This document shows positions 53,398-64,000 of a DNA stretch of 64,000 nucleotides, one piece after another. The position numbers and the translations under genes are program-made. Location: NCBI GenBank assembly GCA_965235115.1, contig OZ249436.1:27406001-27470000 (forward strand). The letters are read 5' to 3'. The notes under the pieces were generated by a model. That model searched no databases. It was not told the DNA's origin and worked only from the letters and a program-made list of their open reading frames with translations. The stretch's first letter is position 1, and each line of letters begins with the position of its first letter. This DNA comes from Laetmonice hystrix (Eukaryota).

Positions 53398-53705
53398 CAA
53401 CCAGAACCCCCCCCCCCTCCCTTCCGATAACAACCCTACTATAGGTCAACCAGAACCCCCCTTCCGATAACAACCCTACTATAGGTCAACCAGAACCCCC
53501 CCCCCTTCCGATAACAACCCTACTATAGGTCAACCAGAACCCCCCCCCCCCTTCCGATAACAACCCTACTATAGGTCAACCAGAACCCCCCCCCCCCTTC
53601 CGATAACAACCCTACTATAGGTCAACCAGAACCCAACCCCCCCTCCCTTCCGATAACAACCCTACAATATATTAGGTCAACGAGACCCCCCCCCCCCCCA
53701 TTCCG
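53398..53705. repeat. Same poly-C minisatellite, right part (~6 copies)
   Basis: Resumes at caaccagaacccc, exactly where the left part stopped (…ctataggt). Confidence 0.96.
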
Positions 53706-55457
53706 AAGTTAATCACCTGGTAATGTTGTGTTATTTGTGGAGAATGCTAGAAATCCGACCGTTTTTCTAAACCTGGACTTTGGATCGTTCTGGCGGATGA
53801 GTTGCTATAGTCCCTAAGGTAAGACTGCAAGCGGTCAATATTAGCAGTTATATCCGGTCCTTCTATAAACTAGCTCGTGTGAATCCCTCTATATGTGCTT
53901 ACTTTCATATGTAACAGCACACACGTATCCACACCCTCCTCAGTCACACAAAGGAGTGGAAAGGCTATATAGACCGGTTGCTTTTTACAATGAGGAAACA
54001 TTATCTAACATTCTCAGTTGTGGGTGGTATAGCCTGACATGGCAGGTTGTATCTCACGCCCCCCCCCCCTCCACCCCACCCCTAGAGAAACCTCAGTGGT
54101 GGATGTTATGGGTTCGGTCCCACACACTCTGAGGGAGGGGGGGTTGAACCCCATTGATCACAATTTCACAACAACACACTATTTAGATGCACTCCGCCGC
54201 AAATGACACGTCAGTGAATGACAGATGAGCTGCTAGGGTGTTAGGAAGGAGGAGGATTGGTGGCAGTTTAGTTGGAATTGAGAATGTTGGGAGGGGTGGA
54301 TTAAGGAAGGGTAGCCATTGTGTGTGGGTGTGTGGGGGAGGCGGCCTCCGTTCCCATGGCGAACATTGCGGCAGGCTGAAGCAGGCTTTACCACCGACAG
54401 AATACATATCACCATCTGCAGCAGAAGCAGCCATCTTGAAAGCCGTCGACACTGGCTGAGCAGATTACCCGCTGATTCCTCATTAGCTGCCTCCCACTTC
54501 CTACCTCTCTCCCCCCAACCCTCCCCACCCGTCTATCTGACCAGGGGCTGATAACTCCAGCTGTCACCGCGCCAGGGCACCATGGATTACCACCAAAATG
54601 CACTAGATAATCTAAATCCGTTCTAACCCGCTTGCCAGCCGGCAAGCAGTCACAGAACACGCACGTATTCTCGTAACCAGCTTTCCTATGTTGATAACAT
54701 GACTGGTAACATTAGATTGCTACCGTTTTATTCTTAAAGTGTCTGCCATTATTCTGCCTCATTAAAATGCATCCCTTCAGATTTTACTTGTGGCCTTTTC
54801 AACCTTTATTATTGATATCAGCATTGATTTCATTTCCCCCCGTTTTTTTCCTATAATGGTTTGATTGATGTTCATGGAATGGATTTAGATTTTGAAATGA
54901 TGCAAAATTGGTTGAAACACCAACCAAACGTGATCGCCGATAAGACTGGGACGCTCAAATTGTCCCGATAAAAATACGCCTTGTTGAATTTTTCATTTTG
55001 TCTGTGGCAACCACTCGATTATCTTGATTTGGAACCACAAGCCTACACGTATGTGCTTTTAATTATTAGTTGGAGGGAAGCTATTTTCTATCTTATCTTT
55101 AGTTTTATTGCGTCCGTCGAATGTCTCTACTCTTGTGTGTGTGCACTTTGTAATGGAAACCTTATGTAGTTGGTTGTGTGGGTGAGGATATGGCGTGGTT
55201 GATTTCATTGATTACATCTGCAACCCTCCACAGCGCCCAGCAGGGGGCCGTATTTAGGTCAGTGCTAATTGACATATCAGTTTGCGAGTAATTCAAGTTA
55301 GATGTAAGGTGGCGGCACCGGATTTGAATTGCAGTCACCGGAATTAAGACTGATGATGGTATAATGGCATATATTAAACCGTCGTAAGTCAGCTGGTCAA
55401 TAGGACAGCTTTGGGATGGTGTACGATTAGTGGATCATCCTCAATAATGTGTATATT

Positions 55458-55562
55458 CAGGGCATTGCATTAACACTGGCCCGATAGCCCGGGGCAAGTT
55501 AATAACCGATTCGGGCAAGTGAAATAAAAACAGACTTGCCCGAACGGGCAAGTGGTTCGGTC
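55458..55562. mobile_element. Probable truncated end of a non-autonomous DNA transposon
   Basis: Starts cagggcattgcattaac and has four copies of gggcaagt/acttgccc, including the 11-bp inverted repeat ttcgggcaagt (55510-55520) / acttgcccgaa (55534-55544). This resembles subterminal repeats. No matching second end was seen. Confidence 0.4.
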
Positions 55563-55858
55563 AAGATTACCCAACCGTGGTCCCCACCGTTTCAACTCTC
55601 TTCCAAAATCCATATGGCAACACGCAACACACACACGAGAGCCTACCCCAACACATCATCGTCCGTGTGTGAGAGAGGCGTTTCTGTCATGAAAAGTTCC
55701 TGCAAGATCCTTCACTGGAAATGTATGAGGGCGCGCGAGACGGCTCCAGTTTACAACAACTCCAGACACTGCAGACCCAGAGGATGAGGAAGAGTCTGAC
55801 CTCTTGAACTTGTTTCTACCTAATCAGTCAGGTAATCTGTTTGACATATCGCATATGT

Positions 55859-56826
55859 CAGAATACAGCGGGCACATAAAGACGATTGTGAATATCTAAC
55901 ATGTGAATTGTATGGTAATCCTATCTACTGTAGATATCAAAATACAGTGGGCACATGAAGACGAGTGTGGATATCTAACATGTGAATTGTATGATATCTA
56001 CTGTAGATATCATAATACAGTGGGCACATAAAGACGATGGTAATCCTATCTACTGTAGATATCAAAATACAGTGGGCACATGAAGACGAGTGTGGATATC
56101 TAACATGTGAATTGTATGATATCTACTGTAGATATCATAATACAGTGGGCACATAAAGACGAGTGTGGATATCTAACATGGAATTGTATGGTAATCCTAT
56201 CTACTGTAGATATCAAAATACAGTGGGCACATGAAGGCAAGTGTGGATATCTAACATGTGAATTGTATGGTAATCCTATCTACTGTAGATCTCAAAATAC
56301 AGTGGGCACATGAAGATGAGTATGGATATCTAACATTTGAATTGTATGGTAATCCTATCTACTGTAGGTATCAGAATACAGTGGGCACATGAAGACAAGT
56401 GTGGATATCTAACATGTCAATTGTATAATCCTATCTACTGTAGATATCATAATACAGTGGGCACATGAATACGAGTGTGGATATCTAACATGTCAATTGT
56501 ATAATCCTATCTACTGTAGATATTATAATACAGTGGGCACATGAAGACGAGTGTGGATATCTAACATGTCAATTGTATAATCCTATCTACTGTAGATATC
56601 ATAATACAGTGGGCACATGAATACGAGTGTGGATATCTAACATGTCAATTGTATAATCCTATCTACTGTAGATATCATAATACAGTGGGCACATGAATAC
56701 GAGTGTGGATATCTAACATGTCAATTGTATAATCCTATCTACTGTAGATATCTTAATACAGTGGGCACATGAAGACGAGTGTGGATATCTAACATGTCAA
56801 TTGTATAATCCTATCTACTGTAGATA
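55859..56826. repeat. Minisatellite, ~72-80-bp unit x ~13
   Basis: Unit aatacagtgggcacatgaagacgagtgtggatatctaacatgtgaattgtatggtaatcctatctactgtagatatca. Each unit contains the palindrome tatctac-t-gtagata. Confidence 0.95.
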
Positions 56827-58434
56827 GGTTAATGGATAGGCTGAGAGTTTGTAAGACATGAACAGCTGTCTGATGTGTGTGTGTGGAATGTTCTCCATAC
56901 AGAGAGACTGTTGATCCCCCTGGCTCTTCCCCTCAAACTTGCTATTAAAACCGCCTGATATGAAATGTAAAATCATCACACAGGTTTCCGGTTGAAAAGC
57001 TCCCATGTTTGCAAGACTGCGGCCCGCTTAAACACACACCAAAATAGAAGTCAAAGGAGATAATTGAAAGAAAAAGAAAAAAAAGAAATGGGCGCTGTGG
57101 GATGAATAAGAGAAGAAGCGTTTGAAATCCTCAAGCAGCGCTTTAGAGGAGGAACCTTTTTCTTGAATGATGAGCGGAGTGGCAAATGTTGAATGGTTAG
57201 GCACTGAATAGAAGGGACGTCCTCATCCAGGCAACGAACCACTTTGGTTGTCAGACATCGTGGGAAACGACGGCCACGCTGTGTGGGTGTGTGTGTAGAC
57301 AGTGCAGGCAGCGGCAGCTGCGGCTCACATTCGGATTTATTTTAACTACTCCATCATATTGCAAATTCATCCGACGAGTCGGCCTAGAGAGCCGATTGAA
57401 ATGCCATCAGAAGAAAAAACCAAGTGCTGTAATGTCACTAATAATCTAAGTGCATCACAAATGTCTGCCGTGTTTCATACGGAGATTATTTAATTAATGT
57501 TTAAATGGAAGTAATGAAAGAGAGGGTTTTTGTCGGTCGTTGAAACGGACTGTCTTTGCATTTCAAATGAAAGAGTGGGATAGTGTATACATATATGCAT
57601 GAGGTACGAAATCTTCGGGGGCGAATTTTATTCTTTTTTCTTTTTTGTAGTTATCTTAATTGCAAGTAGGTCACGAGTGTTGAACACCGTTCCTTTGGTG
57701 TCTCGACGCAACACTGGGGGCATGGCCTCCAGGGCATTCAGTCAGTGCAGCATCATTCCCTCCACGACCGTTAGCTGTAGGAGCAGGAAGAGCACAAGGA
57801 TCGTCCTCACAAACGATGCGAGTTATTCCAGGCCGTAATTGTGTGGATAAATGAGGGGACAAATCTGGGATGGCCCACATTTACCAGCGGCAAAATTACA
57901 TCTCCCCCCCCCCTCCACATCCTCCTTCTGTTCGTCGCCTTCCTCTTTTTCCTCTCCTCCTCCGCCTGCAAAAGGCGAATGAGACTATGCTTCTGGGAAA
58001 TGAGGGTAATTTGCATGAATAACACATGACCAAATTTAATGGTACTTTCGTTAAATTGGAGCAGCAGAAAATGAAAGTCGGCTTTCAAGGGTTGCATCTG
58101 CTTGACAAAATATTGTTCTGGCATCTGACCTCGCAATTGCGGACAAATAGGCTTCCGTGAGTCACGTTATTCAGCTTTGGGATTGATGACACCGACAGCA
58201 AGCTATGAGTAGAGTATAATTAGTGTTGAGATAATAGCGTTACGCCACTCACACTGAGGTTCCATTGTGTTAGGCTGGTCACAGATTACTCCGTCGTAAT
58301 TCCCTGATGTGGACCGTCAGGCCCACCCAGGCTGATCACAAGTATTTCTCACGTCAGGCTCAGATCTTGGTGACTTGCTACATTATACATGGCACTGTGC
58401 ATCGAGATACAAACCACCAAGGCAATGAACCCGT

Positions 58435-59530
58435 CCTTCTGTACCAAACACCATGGCAAGTTGTCCCCCTTCTGTAGCAAACACCATGGCAAGGTGTCCC
58501 CCTTCTGTACCAAACACCATGGCAAGGTGTCCCCCTTCTGTAGCAAACACCATGGCAAGGTGCCCCCCTTCTGTACCAAATACCATGGCAAGCTGTCCCC
58601 CTTCTGTAGCAAACATCATGGCAAGGTGTCCCCCCTTCTGTACCAAACACCATGGCAAGGTGTTCCCCTTCTGTACCAAACACCATGGCAAGGTGTCCCC
58701 TTCTGTACCAAACACCATGGCAAGGTGTTCCCCTTCTGTACCAAACACCATGGCAAGGTGTCCCCTTCTGTACCAAACACCATGGCAAGGTGTCCCCCTT
58801 CTGTACCAGATACCATGGCAAGGTGTCCCTTTCTGTACCAAACACCATGGCAAGGTGTCCCCCTTCTGTACCAGATACCATGGCAAGGTGTCCCTTTCTG
58901 TATCAAACACCATGGCAAGGTGTCCCCCCTTCTGTACCAAACACCATGGCAAGGTGCCCCCCTTGTACCAAACACCATGGCAAGCTGTTCCCCTTCTGTA
59001 TCAAACACCATGGCAATGTGTCCCCTTCTGTACCAAACACCATGCAAGGTGTCCCCCTTCTGTAACAAACACCATGGCAAGGTGTTCCCCTTCTCTACCA
59101 AACACAAAGGAAAGGTGGTCCCCTTTTCTACCAAACACCATGGCAAGGTGTTCCCCTTCTGTACCAGATACCATGGCAAGGTGTCCCCCCTTCTGTACCA
59201 AACACCATGGCAAGGTGTCCCCCTTCTGTACCAAACCCCATGGCAAGCTGTTCCCCTTCTCTACCAAACACAAAGGCAAGGTGGTCCCCTTTTACACCGA
59301 ACACCAAGGCAAGCTGCCCCGTTCTGAAGGCAAGGTGTCCCCCGTCAGGGCCAGATCCAGGATTCACACTGTGGTTATTTGAGGACGTACATTTGACAAC
59401 TTTTGTTTCTTCTTTCCTTTTTGGGGGCTATTTCTAAGGGGGGTTGCAACCCCTAGACGTCCCCCCTCGGATCCGGCTTTGTCCCTTCTGTACCAAACAC
59501 CATTGCAAGGCGCTCTCCTTTTCTACCGTG
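58435..59530. repeat. Minisatellite, ~33-bp unit x ~27, the last unit(s) separated by a short insertion
   Basis: Unit ccttctgtaccaaacaccatggcaaggtgtccc. It accounts for all ORFs 58349-59437. Confidence 0.96.
59346..59481. mobile_element. Small MITE-like insertion with imperfect terminal inverted repeats
   Basis: Ends cagggccagatcc and ggatccggctttg are reverse complements at 10 of 13 positions. Internal ggggttgcaacccc palindrome. It interrupts the 33-bp minisatellite. Confidence 0.55.
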
Positions 59531-60539
59531 CGCAGCTTGACTCGGGTGAAACGCTATACCCCAATAATATAACGTCGCGTTTGAATGATTCTTTGTGCTC
59601 TCGAATCTAACTTATAATACACTGGCGGTATCTTACAGTTACAGTCATGTTACATCAGACCATTTAGACTGATGTGACAAGAAAATTGAGATATTTGTTG
59701 TGCTAGCAGATTGCAGACGACTGACAATGATTATATTTATGACTTATTACTCGTCAGTGTTTGTGACAACTTGACAGTCTCCTCAATCCAATCCTGTCAG
59801 CAAGACTATTATTTTATGCGGGATGCAATCTTTGCAGTGCAGATTCAGATTTGTTGTCACGAACACGTTGTGTAAGATCATGCCATTGAATATAATGTAT
59901 AATCACATGGTTATCTCTGTAGTAAAGGGATAAGATAATTTGATATGGTATGAATGGTGTAGAAGTACACAATAAGTAGATTTTCTACCTGATGGGATGT
60001 TAATGTCGCCTCCCAGAGAGATGTGCTATCTCATTCATTATTCACCCACTCTCAACTATCACATGTCATAACCAATGATTCCTACTTCCGTCATTTGACG
60101 AGGATATTGAATATTTGACTCGGTCGTCCCCTGCAAGGCGAGGTAATGTGCAAATGTCAGAATGGGAAATTTGAGTGCAATATGAGACGTCGGTGGGGTC
60201 GCAGATTGACAGGTAGCAGTCGGTAGGGTGGGATCTCTGGGAGATTATGTGTAATGTGACTAATTAGATTGTCGTTAATTGATTCTATTGATGGGTTCAC
60301 GAAATGTCTTGTTAATGTGGGGTCCATTGAGGCGGTCGGGGGTGGAGAATAGGTTGACTTTGGGTTAATCGGAATGTTAAAGTCAAGATATCCCACTCAG
60401 TGTGAATTAGAACCACTTAGATACCTTTTAGATATACTTAAGTATTATGATTATTAGTCCAACTCTAGGACTGACTCATATTAAGTCAGTCTGTCATATA
60501 AATTCGCCAGTCAATAGAACCGAATCATCCTATGTTAGT

Positions 60540-60934
60540 CTATCGCCACAAACTCTCACATACAGTCTGACCATACTCTATGGTCTGACTGACTCATGAT
60601 GAGCCTATCGCCACAAACTCTCACATACAGTCTGACTGACTCATGATGAGCCTATCGCCACAAACTCTCACATACAGTCTGACTGACTCATGATGAGCCT
60701 ATCGCCACAAACTCTCACATACAGTCTGACTGACTCATGATGAGCCTATCGCCACAAACTCTCACATACAGTCTGACTGACTCATGATGAGCCTATCGCC
60801 ACAAACTCTCACATACAGTCTGACTGACTCATGATGAGCCTATCGCCACAAACTCTCACATACAGTCTGACTGACTCATGATGAGCCTATCGCCACAAAC
60901 TCTCACATACAGTCTGACTGACTCATGATGAGCC
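60540..60934. repeat. Minisatellite, 47-bp unit x ~8
   Basis: Unit ctatcgccacaaactctcacatacagtctgactgactcatgatgagc. The first copy is 18 bp longer. Confidence 0.96.
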
Positions 60935-62909
60935 CTAGATTGACTCAAGTATTTGTGGATCGTTGATTTATTCATTGCTACTTGCATGTCACGAACTGGA
61001 TGAAATGGCGCGGGGGGGGGGGAGTTGAGGGAACTATCCTGTATTCATTCCAGTCACCCATAAACCGGACAAAGGCCAGTCCGATGGTCGAGGGGGGGGG
61101 GCACAGTCAGCGTTTTTTGTTCCAGCGAATACACAAGTGTGCCCCAGACATTCGATATGCGCTGTTATTGCGTGCGGCTGCATGGGCCGTCAATATTTCT
61201 GTCAGAGCGTCAATATTTCCTGTCAGCACCTGCCCATGACGTGTGGTCAGGAACTGTGGACCGGTGGACCACCTATAGGGTCATCTTCTCTTACATCAAT
61301 ACAACCTGTGCAGACAACGCTCTATCACCACCATCATTGACTTTTAATTATTATTGACTTTGGTTGGCCATGACGTTCTTACAGACACAGTCAGCACGCA
61401 CCGAGCTAGGTAAATACAATGTAATATAGCGCTGGGAGTTTTCGTCGTCTTGTAGAATAAATATAAACTGCATAAATGTATATGTATATTTATTTACTTG
61501 TTTCATAATAAGAGTTCTCTGTTGTATCAGGACATTTTTTCTAACATTTTCAGAGATAATAAAACCAAGACGTATGAAATATCTAAGGTCGGTATAAGGA
61601 GGCCTAGTTTAAATAACCAGGTCATGATGATTACCAACATTAAATCTATAATTGGTTTGTTAGTGTATTTATGGTTATTTTATTATGGCGATGCATTCTT
61701 TGAAAAACTCCATGTCCATTAGGTAGAAGTTCGCAGTTAGCAAACAAAGATCACGCTGAGTTTTAGCGCCTCACTCACTCCGTGGTTCTAAGTTGACGCT
61801 GATCGGAGCGTGACATATTCGGCACGGCATCTAGTGGTGGAAAGAAAATATGATGTCAACTTTGAACTTGTCGCCATGGAAGTGGCCGTACGTTGTTTTA
61901 CTTGCCATGACTGGTGACAGGCCTGAAACCAGCAGATTCGCCCATATCCCAGTTGACGTGAGTAGCCCCAGAAACCAATAGTATCAGTCATTGATTTCAA
62001 TCGTGCCAAGTTGTTGACTGATGCTACCAGTCCTCGATCCTCAGGAATAATGCAGCAGGAGAGATGACAAATGAGTTTCTACGTCCTCCTCCTCCTCCTC
62101 CCACCATTCTCCTCCTCCACCACCATCGTCCTCCTCCACCGTTCTCCTCACGGTGCTGATGCTGAAGCAGACTCGCCCGCCCAGCGCTGCATAGATTGGA
62201 TGCTTTCAGCCGTGTTGACTCACCAGGGATTGCTCCACTGAGTGGAGCTGATCCACTTGGTCAGCCCATGGTCATCTCATGGTCACCACTTGAGTATGCA
62301 ATGTGAATTATGGAGACCTTTTACCGTGGCATCCATTACGGCTGCATCTGGATGGAGATTGCCTCATAGAGCGTTGCGCTGCTGATGGATGGCTGGCAGG
62401 GCTGGCAGGCCGGGCGGCTGGCCGACCGACCAGGCTGTCAGCAGAGATTCTGATATTACACCCCGACTTGACACGTATGGCTTTCACGTAGGCGCTGCTC
62501 CGTTGGCTGGAGAGATGTTTGCTCTGTGGTAGTATTGTTGAAAGGTGGGGTGGGAGGGGAGTGTACGTGAGGAGAGAAAAAATGGAGTAAAGGGTGAAGG
62601 AAGGGGAGGAGATAGCGAATGGTTGGTTGGCTGTATGCCGCCCACCCCACCGGCCGGACGCGGCTGGCTGGCCCGCCCTCAAGTAGTCAATCCTAATCCT
62701 ATCTGTCATTGACCAGCCGACCCTGCGGCTCTGGTAGAGGCCTGATCTGGCTACCACCTGCCCCCTCCCACCCCGTCCCCCACACACCGTGCCCTCCACT
62801 GACCAGGCCGCCACAAGGCCAGGCGCCACACTCGGCATGTAATATGCCATAATTCCTGATCAAACAGGCCAGTCAGATGTCAAGCCTCGCTCTAATTCCT
62901 CATCCCCTC

Positions 62910-63736
62910 CCCACCCCACCCACCGGCCTCCCCTCCCCAGCCGTGCACCACCCCACCCACCGGCCTCCCCGCCCCAGCCGTGCACCACCCCACCCACCGG
63001 CCTCTCCTCCCCAGCCGTGCACCACCCCACCCACCGGCCTCCCCGCCCCAGCCGTGCACCACCCCACCCACCGGCCTCCCCGCCCCAGCCGTGCACCACC
63101 CCACCCACCGGCCTCCCGTCCCCAGCCGTGCACCACCCCACCCACCGGCCTCCCTTCCCCAGCCGTGCACCACCCACCCACCGGCCTCCCCTCCCCAGCC
63201 GTGCACCACCCCACCCACCGGCCTCCCCTCCCCAGCCGTGCACCACCCACCCACCGGCCTCTCCTCCCCAGCCGTGCACCACCCCATCCACCGGCCTCTC
63301 CTCCCCAGCCGTGCACCACCCCACCCACCGGCCTCCCTTCCCCAGCCGTGCACCACCCACCCACCGGCCTCCCCTCCCCAGCCGTGCACCACCCACCCAC
63401 CGGCCTCCCCTCCCCAGCCGTGCACCACCCCACCCACCGGCCTCCCCTCCCCAGCCGTGCACCACCCACCCACCGGCCTCCCCTCCCCAGCCGTGCACCA
63501 CCCCATCCACCGGCCTCCCGTCCCCAGCCGTGCACCACCCCACCCACCGGCCTCCCCTCCCCAGCCGTGCACCACCCCACCCACCGGCCTCCCCTCCCCA
63601 GCCGTGCACCACCCCACCCACCGGCCTCCCCTCCCCAGCCGTGCACCACCCCACCCACCGGCCTCCCCTCCCCAGCCGTGCACCACCCCACCCACCGGCC
63701 TCCCCTCCCCAGCCGTGCACCACCCCACCCACCGGC
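62910..63736. repeat. C-rich minisatellite, 36-37-bp unit x ~22
   Basis: Unit ccgtgcaccaccccacccaccggcctcccctccccag. It accounts for all ORFs 62860-63919. Confidence 0.97.
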
Positions 63737-64000
63737 GTCCACCGCCAATCTCATACCAGCTTAATCTTCGCTGGGAAATCACAACCTAGCAGTTCACGGG
63801 GTGGGGTGGGGGTCGTACCCCACAACATCGATATAATATATAATTATAACATATCTAATGTCCTTTTTATCGGACACAATATTTACAGTGGACAGAAATA
63901 CGTTGCACGGGAAAAATGACCACTGGTTTGATTTGACCGTGGTGTTGGCTGGTGTGCAGTGTCCAGGGGGCATGGGAGGAGGGAGGGTGGCTGGTGGCCG

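Noticed and set aside
58349..59437. Cys/His-rich repetitive ORFs (FCTKHHGKV…)
   Set aside because: They come from a 33-bp minisatellite whose C-run length changes shift the frame repeatedly. Not a zinc-finger gene.
60590..60934. Hammerhead-ribozyme resemblance in the 47-bp unit (tgatgag…aaac…gtc)
   Set aside because: The core needs CUGANGA and GAAA. The unit has aTGATGA and cAAA, with no convincing stems II and III.
62860..63919. Six ~270-300 aa Pro- or Gly-rich ORFs
   Set aside because: All six frames are open because the 37-bp C-rich unit has no stops.

Overview
Eukaryotic (metazoan-looking) DNA that is essentially non-coding, either intergenic or intronic. About a quarter of the window (~16 kb by hand tally) is made of ~18 unrelated tandem arrays: minisatellites of 18-80 bp and one (GCCT)n tract. 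These arrays explain nearly all the long ORFs in the ORF track. The only real protein-coding feature is an apparently full-length ~4.96 kb non-LTR retrotransposon of the CR1/L2 (Jockey-group) type on the minus strand (48442-53397), inserted cleanly into a poly-C minisatellite. Its ORF2 (APE endonuclease + reverse transcriptase) is split by a small deletion/frameshift in the RT. Its ORF1 is intact and unusual: an L1-ORF1p-like coiled coil + RRM + CTD is fused to a complete C-terminal NADAR (YbiA/DUF1768) domain with the conserved acidic residues retained. NADARs are N-glycosidases, some of which remove ADP-ribose from guanine in nucleic acids. The element may therefore carry its own enzyme to erase ADP-ribosylation, a possible counter-defence. 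This is the main finding. All domain calls come from recognising motifs by eye; no searches were run.
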